The notes below the pieces were generated by a model that was not told the origin of the DNA, searched no databases, and was given only the letters and a program-made list of their open reading frames with translations. A program made the position numbers and the translations under genes. Shown here one piece after another: positions 31,948 through 45,823 of a stretch of 64,000 bases of DNA. The stretch comes from Eledone cirrhosa (taxonomy: Eukaryota). Numbering within the stretch: the first letter of the stretch is position 1; every line of letters starts with the position of its first letter. The stretch lies in assembly GCA_964016885.1 (NCBI GenBank), contig OZ024741.1, positions 120,404,001 to 120,468,000 on the forward strand, given 5' to 3'.

Positions 31948-32799
31948 CTAGCTGACGTACCCAGCTTCGCCCGGGTAAACAAATGACAAGAGAAGACTGG
32001 TAGAAGAGAAAATGACTGTATTGGATGTTTGTCTAGTTTACAGTATGAGGCGAAACCATGATGGGTGCGTGTGTAACCAAAAAAAAACAGTAAAAATCTC
32101 TCAGATACACCAGATTGTTCGTTTTACCGTTCGTGCATAATATATGAAGATTTTTAGGTGTTTGCACTCGTGAACAACCTACATATAGAGAGGGGTATAA
32201 TGAGAGAGTGCCGTGAGATTGATATAGAGAGGGGGAGAGTTTAATGGTAATGAATAGAGTGAAGGGGATTAGAAGGGCGTGCCGTATAGAGAGGGAGAGA
32301 GTTTGAAGGGTAGTAGATATAGAGAGTGGTGTTGGGATAAATAGGTGTATGGTAGATATAGAGAGGGGGAGAGTTTAGTGATAATGGGTATAGAGAGGAG
32401 GATAATGAGAGAGTGTCGCGTGGTAGATAGAGAAGGGGAGTGATTGGTGGTAGTAGATATAAAGAGGCGTGTTGGGAAAGAAAGGTGTATGGTAGATATA
32501 CAGAGGGGGAGAATTTAGTGGTATTAGATGTAGAGAGGGGGATAATGAGAGAGTGCCATGTAGTAGAGAGATTTTGATAGGGATAGATATAAAGATGGGG
32601 ATTGGGAGATATCTGTGTAGATAGAGAGAGGGGTAGAGATTGGTGTTAATGGAGAGAGTGAGGGGGTTGGGAGAGAGTGTTGTATATTGTAAACTAGCTG
32701 ACGTACCCAGCTTCGCCCGGGTAAACAGATGATAAGAGAAGACAGGTAGAAGAAAAAGTGACTGTATTGGATGTTTGTCTGATTTACAGTATGAGCCGT

Positions 32800-32864
<65 letters not shown>

Positions 32865-33345
32865 CAAAAAAAAATACAGTAAATAGACCAGGTTCTTCGT
32901 TTTATTGTTCATGCATTGTATATTAAGATTTCTAGGTGTTCCCACTCGTGCACAACCTACATATAACTGTCGATGGGTAAAAAGCAATTCTCTTGTATTC
33001 AATCCTACAACTTTGAAACTCTGAGCCTGAGCTTTATGTCATAGCAAAACTGGCTCTAACAGGGAACTGAAGTCTTGAGAATTTGAATGGCAGCTTGGTA
33101 GAGGGAGGGATAAGAGGAATCTTGGGAATAAATGTATTTTCTCCTTGATGATTGCCTCCAGGGATAGTGACCACTTGGAAATGGTTCATTTTCCGCTTGA
33201 CTGTAAGACGTGTGGCATTGCATAGACGTGGTTGGTCCACGTTTCTCAAATGGATGATGGAAGTTCCAATCTTTTATATTATATGTAGATATAGATATAG
33301 ATAATTATATATTGATATACATAGATGTAGATGTAAATAATTATA
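31948..33345 (-). mobile_element. Two non-autonomous Helitron fragments
   Basis: Inverted Helitron 3' ends (hairpin plus CTAG) at 31948 and 32694; homologous to 35100-35462. Confidence 0.8.
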
Positions 33346-33813
33346 TATAAATGTGTGTATGTGTGTGAGTATGTGTGTGTGCGTTCGTGTGTGCGTGTGT
33401 GCGTGTGTGCGTGTGTGCGTGTGTGCGTGTGTGCGTGTGTGCGTAAACCAGCGTTCGAATCGGAGACGCTTGCCGCGAAACACGATCATTATTAACAACG
33501 AACACACAGAGAGAATCCCTTATGGTTGGTTCCCAGCCTGCTAGAAATAGCAGTCAGGTTGGTTAGCATAACCAGGATATTTTTCTTTTTTGATGTTATA
33601 AAATTAGTATCAATAAACCTGGATATACCCTTATGCCAGTGCTGTACTTACTTTTCGATTGTCATTTTTTGTTTGATGCGCGAAGGAACCAACTAACAAA
33701 CATCTCTCTTTTATATTATGTAGAGTATGAACCTGAAAGGTCCCTTCTGATTATTACATTGGCAATCTAGCCCACATGCATTGTACGGCTTTCTATACAA
33801 CCAAACGGACTTT

Positions 33814-33914
<101 letters not shown>

Positions 33915-33934
33915 GCTAATCTTTATTTATATAA

Positions 33935-35462
33935 TCTATATATTAATTTCAACAATGTCAGTATTCCGTGTGTCATAATTCTCGATTATCATTGGTTCAT
34001 AGGTTTCAAACGACTCCGCCCACCTCAACGATGCTAAACTTAAATTAATATGCATAATGCCAATGAGGGAGTGAGAGGGGAGAGTAAGAAACAGAAAGGC
34101 AAAGTGAACGCGTGTTGGATACACTATGTATATGTGTCAGTGTAGAGACATGAGTGTGTGTGGAAATAAGAGGGGAAGGAAAGCAATAACTATTAACATG
34201 TGTGCGTGTGTATGTACGTGCGCGTATGTTTATCTGTGTGTGTCCATGCGTGCAGCGTTCCGCAGAAAGTAAAAACTATCAACATGTGTGAGTGTGTGCG
34301 TGCGTGTAAGTGCACGGGTGCGTGTGTAAGTTTGCGTGCGTGTGCGCGTTTCCATGCGTGTATGTGTGTGTACGTGCGGCGTTCCACAATCGCCGCGCAG
34401 TTTATCTGTCTGTGTGCCTGTCTGTCAGTCTAACATACACAGAGTTGTGAAGGGAGTAAATAGGGACCTTTTTTACATTCACGGACATCTTTTATATTTA
34501 TTATTGTGTCATTTTTTGACAATTGCTCGGAATGAATACTGATAATAAAAGCAATTCATCTGTTTACCCGGGCGAAGCTGGGTACGTCAGCTAGTCTATA
34601 TATTAATTTCAACAATGTCATTATTCCGTGTGTCATAATTCTCGATTATCATTGGTTCATAGGTTTCAAACGACACCGCCCACCTCAACGACGCCAGACT
34701 TAAATTAATATGCATAATGCCAATGAGGGAGTGAGAGGGGAGGGAGAGGCAAAGTGAACACTATGTATGTGTCAGTGTAGAGACATGTGTGTGTGATGTG
34801 TGTGGAAATAAGAGGGGGAAAGAAAGCAATAACTATTAACATGTGTGCGTGTGTATGTACGTGCGCGAATGTTTATGTGTGTGTGCGTGCGTGCAGCGTT
34901 CCACAGAAAGTAAAAACTATCAACATGTGTGAGTGTGTGCGTGTGTGCGTTTCCATGCGTGTATGTGTGTGTACGTGCGGCATCCCACAATCGCCACGCA
35001 GTTTATCTGTCTGTGTGCCTGTCTGTCAGTCTAACATACACAGAATTGTGAAGGGAGTAAATAGGGACCTTTTACATTGAAGAACATTTTTTATATTAAT
35101 TATCTATATCTATATCTACATATAATATAAAAAATTGGAACTTCCATCATCCTTTTGAGAAACGTGGAACAACCATGTCAATGCAATGATACACGTTTAA
35201 CAGTCAGACAGAAGATGAATCATCTCCTAGAGGTCACTATTCTAGGTGGGAGCACCTAGAATTGATCATGTATTATGCACAAACGGTACAACGAAGAATC
35301 TGGTATATCTGGAAGATTTTTTTTACTGTTTTTTTGTATCACACAGACACCACGGACTCGCCTCATACTGTAACCAGACAAACATCCAATACAGTCATTT
35401 TCTCTTTTACTTGTCTTCTCTTATCATCTGTTTACCCGGGCGAAGCTGGGTACGTCAGCTAG
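33935..35462 (+). mobile_element. Two head-to-tail non-autonomous Helitrons (33935-34594, 34595-35462)
   Basis: Each begins TCTATATATTAATTTC and ends ACCCGGGCGAAGCTGGGTACGTCAGCTAG. Confidence 0.85.
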
Positions 35463-38400
35463 TCTATTTATTAATTTGAAGAACGTCAGTATTCTGTGTG
35501 TCATAATTCTCGATTATCATTGGTTCATAGGTTTCAAACGACTCCGCCCACCTCAAAGACGCCAAACTGAAATTAATATGCATAATGCCAATGAGGGAGT
35601 GAGAGGGGAGAGTGTGAACGCTGTGTTCAATAACTATTAACATGTGTGCGTGTGTATGTACGTGGGCGTATGTTTATGTGTGTGTGCGTGCGTGCACGGT
35701 TCCACATAAAGTAAAAACTATCAACATGTGTGAGTGTGTGCGTGGGTAAATTCGCGTGCGTGTGCGCGTTTCCATGCGTGTGTGTGGCGTTCCACAATCG
35801 CCACGCAGTTTATCTGTCTGTGTGCCTGTTTGTCAGTCTAACATTCACAGAGTTGTGAAGGGAATAAATAGGGACCTTTCTTTACATTGACGGACATCTT
35901 TTATATTTATTATTGTCATTTTTTGACAATTGCTCGAAATGAACACTGATAATAAAAGCAATTCGACTTTATCAAACAGTGAACTACAGCGGCGACAGCG
36001 TGCAGCCAGCAATGAAGAAAAACGGACCGAGCAGCGCCATCGGAACGCCGAATTTCAGAGGCGAAGACGTGCCGCCATGAATGAAGAGGAGCTGGCTGAA
36101 CAACGCCAACGAAACACTGGAGCCAAGCAGCGACGGCGTGCTGCGATGGTTGAAGACGAACTGGCTGAGCATCATCAACAGATGGCCAGAATTCAGCAGC
36201 AACGGCGTGCTGCGATGGATGAAGAGGAGCTGGCTGAACAGCGCCAGCGCAATACAGAAGTTCAGAGAATGTGTCGCCAAAGTGCTCCTCATTCCAGTAA
36301 AGAGGCTAGAAGGCGAACGAATGATATTAAAAATGGATCATGGCAAACGTGTCATTTTCGGATTGGTGGACGAACAGAGTGTCCACATTGTGGAGCATTG
36401 CTTTTGGAGGCACGAAAAGACGTGAACCACAATGTGCTGTCATAAAGGAGCAGTTCAACTAGAACCCTTGCGAATGCCGGATGATGAGGAGTCATCGGAG
36501 TTTAAAATACTAAGTATGTGGGGTGATCAAGGTGACCGAGGTAGATTACTGCGCAAATATTCGCGGCAAATTAACAATTCATTAGCTTTAGCATCGCAGA
36601 GAGTTAGTGAGATGTTTGAGAGTGGAGCATGGCAACCGAATGTAGATTCAAGGCCGTTTGTATCATTGTATCGGTAATATAGAAGTTACCTCAGGAGAGA
36701 GGCCCCGATTCGCTCAAATTTACGTTAACGATCCAGATTATAGTGAATCGGAGGAGGATATCAGGATCGGTTGGATGAAGTTGCCTGGAACTATAACTGA
36801 ATTTGAACGGCAAAGGTTAAGTGATTTGATCCGTGATTTGCAATCATGGCTTAGACAGTGTAATCCTTATGTTTTGGATTTCATGTTGGTGGCTGAACTG
36901 CAAAATGTTCAGCAGCAAACGCAGTACCAAGGAATCAACACGAACGGCGATATAATGCCCCTGAAGGATTTCGTGAAGTTGCTGTGTTGGTGGACGATAA
37001 GCCTGGATCGAGAGATATCGTCCTCAATCGCAGAGATGGTGGTCTCAAGACTATCAATGAATCAAATAGGTTATACGATCCATTTCATTATGTTCTTTTA
37101 TTTAGATGATCATGAGAATCAGCATCAACAGGGAGGTGGCACAATAATTCGATTCGCGACTTTTACGCGTTCCATTTGAACGAGAGAAATCAACAGAGAA
37201 ATGCGCTATTTCAAGCCAGCAGATTGTTCCAGGAATACTGTTGTATGACATTCGCAAAGATAGAAAATCAAAGGCTAAATTATATAGTTACACAACAGCA
37301 ACATATCAGAGCTGAATTGTATAATAATATACAGAATGCGATAACAGCCGATGATGCCAATTACAAGCAAATTGGTTGACGCATCATTTTGCCATCGTCG
37401 TTCATCGGCGGCCCGAGATATATGAACATTCGCTATCGGGCTAGTGTCAGAAAGTTTGGAAAGCCAGATTTGTTTATAACGGTTACATGCAATCCTGTGA
37501 TGGACTGATATTAAGGATGCACTTTTTCCAGGACAACAGCCAAAGGACCGTCCTGATATTGTGGCAAGAGTATTTTCAAAGGATATCTGAAAAAGATAAT
37601 GGATGATGTGGAAAAAGAGGGAATCTTTGGAGGTATAGTTGCTTTTACATACGTAATTGAATTCCAAAAAAGAGGATTGCCACATGCACATTTGCTGATC
37701 ATTTTACATAGAGATTGCAAATTGAAATGTGCTGAGGATGTCGACAGCATTGTGTGTGCTGAACTGCCTGAGAATGAGGCACTACGCAACTTGGTGGCAA
37801 AGTCAATGGTACACAACCAATGTGGAGTGGCAAATCGGAAAGCGCCTTGCATGAAAAATGGCCAATACAGAAAGCACTTTCCGAAATCTTTTGTCACGAA
37901 CACTTCCTGGAACGATGAGGATGCTCATCCCTCATACAGAAGACGGTCGCCTGCAGATGGCGGTTTGGTCGAAAATGTAAACGGTCGACAGGTTACAAAT
38001 CAATGGGTTGTGCCATACAATCCATATTTGATTATGAAATATCGTTGTCATATTAATGTGGAAATTTGTAGCTCAGTGAAAGCTTGCAAATATCTATTCA
38101 AATATGTTTACAAAGGTCATGATCGGGCAATGAACAATGTCAGGAATGAGGAAGCGTACCAAAGAGATGAAATTGGCAGGTTCCAGGATGTTCGCTCGAT
38201 TGGATCTAGTGAAGCTTTCTGGAGATTGTTCGATTTTGATCTCAATGAACGCAAACCCAGCGTTCAGAAACTGACAGTTCATTTAGAGAATAGGCAAATG
38301 GTCTGTTTTCAAGACACTAGAAGAGGTGTCGAAAGAATTGCTAACGCACCACCTCCTAAGACGGAATTGACTGAGTGGTTCAAGCATAATAGGGAACATG

Positions 38401-41400
38401 CTTTGAACCCGCATCAAAGGCAACTCTACTGCGATTTCCCTTCGCACTATACGTGGGATAAGAAGGGAAAGAAATGGAATGATAGAAAACAAAAGTTGAG
38501 ATTCATGACTATTGGACGGGTTTGTAATGTCCATCCAGCATCTGGTGATGTGTTTTCTCTCCGAATTATGTTGCATAATGATTTTTCGAGAGGTAAACAG
38601 AGCTTCGCTGATTTGAAAACAATCAATGGCGTGGAATATGAAACATACCAGGCTGTGTGTCAGCATCTGGGACTCCTTCAGGATGACACTGAATGGAATA
38701 ATGCCATGGAAGCTGCAGGAACAACACAGATGCCAACTCAAATAAGGTAGTTGTTTGTCACGATTCTAGGATTCTGCAATCCTGCCGATCCAAGAGAGTT
38801 ATTTGAACGCCATTGGGGAATTATGGCTGATGATTTTAGGCATCATCTTCAGGTCGATGATGAAAATTTGATGAAAGCTATTGTTTTGCTCAATATTGAG
38901 CAACTGCTTGAAGTTCATTTCAAATGTTTAACAGATTTCAATTTGCCAATTCCTGATGAAGAAATGCGGCAACGTGTCTTAGCATTGAACATGAGATTGC
39001 AGCTTAGACGGTTTCCACTCGATCGGAGGGAACTATTCCAGTTTGATCCACTGGAACAGCAACGTATTGTGGATGAACGTATGCCAATGTTGACCCAATC
39101 TCAGAGAGAATTGGTCGATGGCGTTCTCCGCTCGATTTCCACTAATGAGCAACTTTGTGCTTTCATAGATGCTCCAGGAGGCACCGGAAAGACATTCTGT
39201 TTCAACACTATGTTATCGGCAGTCAGAGCTCAGAGGAAGATTGCTCTCCCTGTGGCCACCAGTGGGATCACTGCCATTTTGCTGAGTGGTGGAAGGACTT
39301 TACACTCATGCTTCAAGGCTCCATTGGCTCCGGATGAGTTGAATGTCTGTAACATTACAGGACAAAGTGAACTCGCGGGCCTTATACGCAATACGTCTCT
39401 GATTATTTGGGACGAGGCTCCAATGACACACAGATATTTGCTGGAGGCATTTGACAGAACTTTGAGAGATATCTGCGGTAGTGACCAAGACTATCGTTCT
39501 TGGTGGCGATTTCAGACAGGTGCTACCAATTGTTAGGAATGCTCAAAGAGCGCAAATTGTCGATGCATGTCTGAAAAAGTTCCGTTGTGGCACCATTTCA
39601 GAGTTTTGCGATTACACGATAATATGCGACTTCGTATGTTCGGGCAAAACGAAGAGGCTGAGACATACGGCCAATGGTTGATGCAGTTGGGAAACGATGA
39701 ATTGCCACACGTTGGTGATAATCAGACTGTAAGAATCCCAGACCATTTGGTCATGCCACTGGACCTCCAAGCATTGATTGACTGGGTGTTCCCTAATTTG
39801 AATGCTTTTTGGCAGAATATCTCCTGGATATCGGAACGCGTTATTCTAACTCATACGAATGCAACGGTCGATGAAATAAATTTACAAGTAGCCGGAATGT
39901 TTCCTGTAGAGGAATGGTTGACCGTCAGTGCGGATGCAATGGAGCCTAATCAGCAGAACAATATGGATGTTCCGACTGAGTATCTGAATTCACTTCAAAT
40001 ACCGGATTCCCCCACATATTTTGAGGTTAAAAAAGGGTATGCCGATTATATTGCTTAGAAATATCAATCATAAAATGGGTCTTTGCAATGGTACCAGATT
40101 GATTGTTGAGAGATTGATTAACGGAAGAGTTTTAGAAGCTAAACTCGCAGGCAGAGAGGACTCGGTTCTCATTCCGAGGATCATGCTGAGACCAAGTGAA
40201 GATCTGATGCCATTCATTTGGCAAAGGAGACAGTTTCCCGTCAATTTGGCCTTCTCCATGACTGTCAACAAGGCACAGGGACAGACTTTCAAGCGAGTCG
40301 GTGTCTACTTGAATGATCCAGCATTCAGACATGGGCAACTGTATGTTGCTGCATCTCGAGTGTGCGATCCTGATGGTGTAAAATTTGCAATTGATACCAC
40401 TAACAGAGGAACAACCCTGAATAGTGTCTATAATGAAGCTTTGAGCTGATGTATGCATATCTTTAATGCTATCAATAAGCGACGTAAATGATTCGGACAT
40501 TGGTGTCCTTTGATCAGTATTGTGAGCTTTGACAGAGTTATCATTTATGTTCAATGTCATTTAATGTCGTTATGAGCAATAAAAACAAACAAGTATTGGT
40601 AAAGATTGCTTTCGCTGCTATGTTGCGCAATAAATACCAACAAGTATTGGTAGAAATTGCCTTCACTGCTATGAATATTCGACGTAAATGATTCAGACAT
40701 TGGTGTCCTTTGATCAGTATTGTGAGCTTTGACAGAGTTATCATTTCTGTTCAATGTCATTTATTGTCGATAATAAGCAATAAAAACCAACAAGTATTGG
40801 TAGAAATTGCCTTCAAATTTATCGCTTCTGATAGCGGTGGTAATAAACCTCATCATATGCTGAGTCTGGAAAAAAGTTTGGTGCCTATGGCCGGCCAGGG
40901 CTAGAGTAATATTGAAAAACGATTCTATTTTCGAAATAGAAGGATCCGCCATTTGGAGTTCAAACTAGGCGACCTCCCCGAGTTGAACTCTGGGCAATAT
41001 TGACTGTCTATTACTCAGTGGCTAAGAGCCTGGAAATTATTGAATAAATTTTTGTGTCATATAATTTGTTGTTTTATTATTATAGCTGACCACTTATAGA
41101 TAAGCATGTTATCCATATCCATATTAATTTGGCATTTGTATAAACCATTTCAAGTAAATAGGGACCTTTTTTACATTGACGGACATCTTTTATATTAATT
41201 ATCTATATCTATATCTACATATAATATAAAAGATTGGAACTTCCTAGAATTGTTCAAACGGTACAACGAAGAATCTAGTATATCTGGAAGATTTTTTTAC
41301 TGTTTTTGGTATCAAACAGACACCACGGACTCGCCTCATACTGTAACCAGACAAACATCCAATACAGTCATTTTCTCTTTTACCTGTCTTCTCTTATCAT

Positions 41401-41435
41401 CTGTTTAGCCGGGCGAAGCTGGGTTCGTCAGCTAG
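35463..41435 (+). mobile_element. Helitron, formerly autonomous
   Basis: 5' TC, 3' hairpin plus CTAG|T at 41432-41435; encloses the Rep/Hel pseudogene. Confidence 0.9.
35930..40449 (+). pseudogene. Helitron RepHel (HUH Rep + Pif1 helicase), frameshifted
   Basis: VIEFQKRGLPHAHLLI, KYLFKYVYKG, APGGTGKT, WDEAPM, GGDFRQ, QFPVNLAFSMTVNKAQGQT and HGQLYVAASRV spread over several broken ORFs. Confidence 0.93.
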
Positions 41436-41436
41436 T

Positions 41437-42080
41437 AATCTTTATTTTTAAAGCAATATTCTTTATACAAATTTCGTATTTCTAAAGAAATACGGTTTTA
41501 GGAAGCCATAGCTATGTAAACACCGGGGGGCTAACGCCCTCTGGTGGTGTCCGGCAGAAGCAAGGGGGACAACTGTCTATGCATTTCAGGCTAGACTGGC
41601 CATTGTCAGGACGATCCCTCCCCCCGTTCGTGACTGCTGGACTTGAAAACAGCCGAGAATATATAGTTTTCTCGTCTGTGCAAATGAGGTGATTAATTTC
41701 ATTTGCATATGAAGCTGAATAAGTTGGCTCAAGTTATAATAGAAAAGAAATAAGATTTCGCTTCAAGCATAGCTTTATACAATATGTATAGAAATTTCGT
41801 ATTTCTAAAGAAATGCGGTTTTAGGTAGCCGTGGCTATGTAAACACCGAGAGGCTAACGCCCTCTGGTGGTGTCCATTTGACGATGGCCAGTCTAGCCTG
41901 AAATGCATAGACGGTTTTCCCCCTTGCTTCTGTTGGACACCACCAGAGGGCGTTGGCCCCGGTGTTTGCATAGCTACGGCTTCCTAAAACCGTATTTCTT
42001 TAGAAATACGAAATTTCTATACATATTGTATAAACTTATGCTTGAAGCGAAATCTTATTTCTTTTCAATAATCTTTATTT
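41437..42080. repeat. Direct plus inverted repeat element
   Basis: 41468-41607 is partly duplicated at 41790-41877 and inverted at 41880-42070. Confidence 0.8.
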
Positions 42081-42789
42081 TTAAAACAAAAATTAAGCTT
42101 TCTTATTCAATATTCATAATTTCTTTTAATTACAGAAAGTATATTGCCTCCTGTATATATTCCCAATATTCTGACCAACTATTGTGGTTATTTTACTTGT
42201 CTTAATTGCTTGTAATTATTTCAAAATTTGCTTCAATTTCTTATTCTGTAAAAAAAAACATGAAGTAGAGATCTTTTATTAGGTGGCATTTCATTTGACA
42301 TAGTTGACTGATGATTGCTGTGTAAAGAAGTAAACTTAATTTAATATTAACCGTGCCCAGTGTTAGTATTGAAGTAGGAAGTTGTGAGGGTTTTGAATTG
42401 GTCTCTATCGATCAAAACTTGAATGTTGAGTTTTGTTCCTACTCTACTGTCATTTATATACTATTGATATAATCCAGGAAATTATATACAGATTTATTTA
42501 TTATTACATTCCATGAGGAGGACGCGCGCCTCCACATTAAAAATGGACATCAACCAGTATGGACGTCACACTGAGCTAAACCTCAAGAGAGTTTTGGCCC
42601 GAGCAAACATCCCCTCAATTTTTGAACCGTCTGGGTTGTACAGGACTGATGGGAAAAGAACTGATGATCTTACCCCTAGATAAGAGGCGGGTGTCTTATC
42701 TGGGACGTCGCAGTTAGTGACTCTTTTGCTTCTTCCCACGTCCTGGATGCAGCGGTTAGGGCGAGAACTACAGCTTCCGCAGCCGAACA

Positions 42790-43030
42790 GAACGAAATCC
42801 TGAAATAGCGTGACCTGTCGGTTAACTACATTTTCCATCCTGTGGCGTTCGAGACGTTTGGGGTAGTCGAGCTACTGACTGCAAGGCTCTTATCTTCACA
42901 TCTTCACTGGCGGCTCACCTAACCGAGATAACTGGTGATGCTCGTGAGGTTGCTTGGCTGTTTTAACACCTCAGCCTCTCCATCACCCCCAGGTAACGCT
43001 GAGAGCGTGCTGGCTTGTCTCAGAAATTAT
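42790..43030 (+). mobile_element. Decayed C-terminal fragment of a CRE-like retroelement
   Basis: FHPVAFETFG...DAREVAWLF..LSL..GNAESV, parallel to the end of the downstream element. Confidence 0.55.
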
Positions 43031-43224
43031 TAGAGAGGATTCCCAGTTTTCCTCACAATATTGTTATCTTTTGCTCTGGCAGCGGTTCGTTTGTCCACCC
43101 CTTTCGCCTGCCTTTTGTTGTATGTGGTCCTAGGTGTGTGTATTACCTGCTTGTGTGATTTTTTTTCTTTCTTTTTTCCTTTTTTTTTCTTTTTTTATTT
43201 GTAATGTTATGTTGGCGGTTATGT

Positions 43225-45170
43225 CTTACATTGCTGTGGGCAATGTCTTCCGGAGGCTGGCTGCCAAGGTAATCTGTAAGTCCGTCACACACGAACTGGG
43301 TGAGGAGTTTAGTCCGGAGCAACTGGGTGTCGGCGTGTCCGGTGGCTGTGAGGGAGCCGCTCATGCAATCAGGCAGTTCTTCAGCAGCTGCCCATCGGTA
43401 CCGGCATCCAGGGACTCCAGGCACCTCATTGTCAAGCTTGACATGAGGAATGCCTTTAACTCTTTACGCCGGGATCATCGGCTCGAGGCCTGCCTCAGCC
43501 GAGCCCCCTCTGCCTACCCGCTGGCCTACCTGTCATATGGAGCCCCGAGCATGCTCCTAGCTGCTGATACGGTCATACCCTCGGCTACTGGGGTCCAACA
43601 AGGCGACCCTTTGGGACCCCTCCTGTTTGCCCTTGGTATTGACCACATCGCCCGGAGTATCACGGCCCCTCTCAACGTTTGGTATCTGGATGATGTTACG
43701 TTGGGCGGGCCCGTACGGACGGTCTTCCATGACCTTCAATCGGTCAACTCGGCCAAGTCGGAGGTGGTGAACCTCAGCCTCGATGCTGCGAGCTTTGCAG
43801 CCTCCGTCTTGGACGTGCGGTCCATTCTCCGCCAGGTTCAGGTGACCCCCAAAGAGGATGTCCTCATCCTCGGGTCACCGATCCACCCGCCGGCCATCCG
43901 CTCCACCATCAGGTCCAGGCTTCAACAGCTCCAGACTCTCAGGAGCCGACTGGGCTTGATTGACGGCCACCCAGGCTCTTTCTACTGAGGAACTGCTTCG
44001 CCATGCCGAAGCTCCTCTATACACTCCGCAGCGCTCCATGCTACACCCAGACATCTCTCCTCGCTGACCTCGATACTTGTATCCGATCAGCAGCCGAAGG
44101 GATATGCAACGTCAAGTTTGACGACATAGGGTGGCAACAGGCCACTTTACCGGTCAGGTATGGCGGCCTTGGTCTCCGGTCCCCGATCTCACTAGCTTTT
44201 CCGGCGTATCTTTCGTCGGTAACCTCGTGCTGCGTCCTCGTCAGCAGGGTCCTTCAAAACACAACAGAACCTTCTGTGTTTAGAGAACGTGAGGCCGCCT
44301 GTGAGACCGGCTGGGACTTAGCCCAGTATACGTCCCTCCTCCTTCTCCCCCTGTTGACGTCAATTCCCCCCCCAACGCACTTGGGATGCCATCCAGTGCA
44401 GCTTGGCCTCAGACAGGCTCACGCGCCAACTCGACCAGCACCGCCTTGCTTGTTTTCGTGCGGCCTCCAAACCCCACAGTGGTGCCTGGCTCCATGCCCT
44501 GCCCTCCTTCTCCACTGGCACGCATCTAGACAAGCATAGCCTGCGAATCGGCGTTTCCCTGAGGCTCGGCCTCCGGATCTGCCAGCTACACCAATGTCGC
44601 TGCGGTTCCACCGTGGACTCTTTCGGCCTCCACCCGCTTTCCTGTCTCCACAGTGCCGGTCGCATTCCACGCCATGCTGCCCTCAACGAGGTCATTAAGC
44701 ATGGCTTGGACGCCGCAGGCTTCCCTTCCCAGCTCGAGCCGGTGGGGCTGGATCGAGGGGACAGCAAAAGGCCAGATGGCATGACCATCTTCCCGTTCCG
44801 CGGTGGCAAACCCCTCGTCTGGGATGCCACTGCACCGACACTTTGTGCAGCCGCAACTTGGTGCAGTCTGCGACTGATCCAGGTTCTGCTGCACGTCGGG
44901 CTGAGGGGGCCAAACTCCTTAAATACCGGTCGCTCTCCGACAGGTTTGCGGTCGTTCCCCTGGCAGTGTTGACTTCTTGTGTCCTCGGCCCCAGGGCTAC
45001 CTCCTTACTCACCACCATAGGCGCTGAGCTGGCCAGCCGCAGGTGTGAGCCCCGCGAGTTGGAGTGGCTTTTCCAGCGCGTCTCCCTTGCCGTCCTCCGG
45101 GGAAACGCCTTCTCCATTCTGTCCGCCGGGGCTGTGGGTGGGCCCATCGCGTACCAATACATTAGTTAAA
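43225..45170 (+). mobile_element. CRE-clade-like non-LTR element (RT + restriction-like endonuclease), 5'-truncated and frameshifted
   Basis: IAVGNVFRRLAAK, QLGVG, KLDMRNAFN, GVQQGDPLGP, WYLDD; CxC..H..SC, RH, RPDG, WDAT. Confidence 0.85.
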
Positions 45171-45554
45171 TACCATTCTTTCATCTGATATATCTCTAAA
45201 TTATATTTTGTACAATAATTGTTTCTAATGTCGTTGATAAACACATTTTCAACCAGTAGCTCGTTTAACGATGAATTCTCTCAAATAATCTACAGGCGCT
45301 CTCTCTCACTCTCTTTCTCCCGCTTTCGTTTTTTATTTCTCCGATTTCGTTTTTTTTTTCATCTCTCTCTCTCTCTCTCGTTCTCTCTCTCTCTATCTAT
45401 CTATCTCTCTCTCATTCCCTCCTTCTTTATCTCTTTCTATCTATCTCTTTTTCACTTTCTTTATCTTTCTTTTGTTTTCTCTATTTCTCACGCTCTCTCA
45501 CAACTCTCTCTCTCCCTCTCTTTCGCTCAATCATTCACTTTTTCCTTCTCTCTT

Positions 45555-45628
<74 letters not shown>

Positions 45629-45648
45629 TCTTCCCTCTATTTACGTAG

Positions 45649-45823
45649 GTATTTCGATTGACTTCGATACACCGTCGCCCATCGACGCAGACCCACCAAT
45701 AAGAGATGTTTACAATGACCTGAAAAGTTCAGCGTTGAAACATTTAGATGAATTGCTCAACAAAGAATCGCCTATGGCTGACCATCATTACCATGTTCCA
45801 CTGCAGACGATTGGAAATAAAAG
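45649..45823 (+). CDS. ANKAR: ANKAR coding exon 5
   Basis: (G)ISIDFDTPSP...YHVPLQTIGNK; preceded by a (CT)n tract; phase 1 to 2. Confidence 0.85.

Noticed and set aside
42655-42700. CTGATGA followed by a TCTTA/TAAGA hairpin (similar CTGATGA hits near 2786 and 42307)
   Set aside because: No GAAA/UH in register
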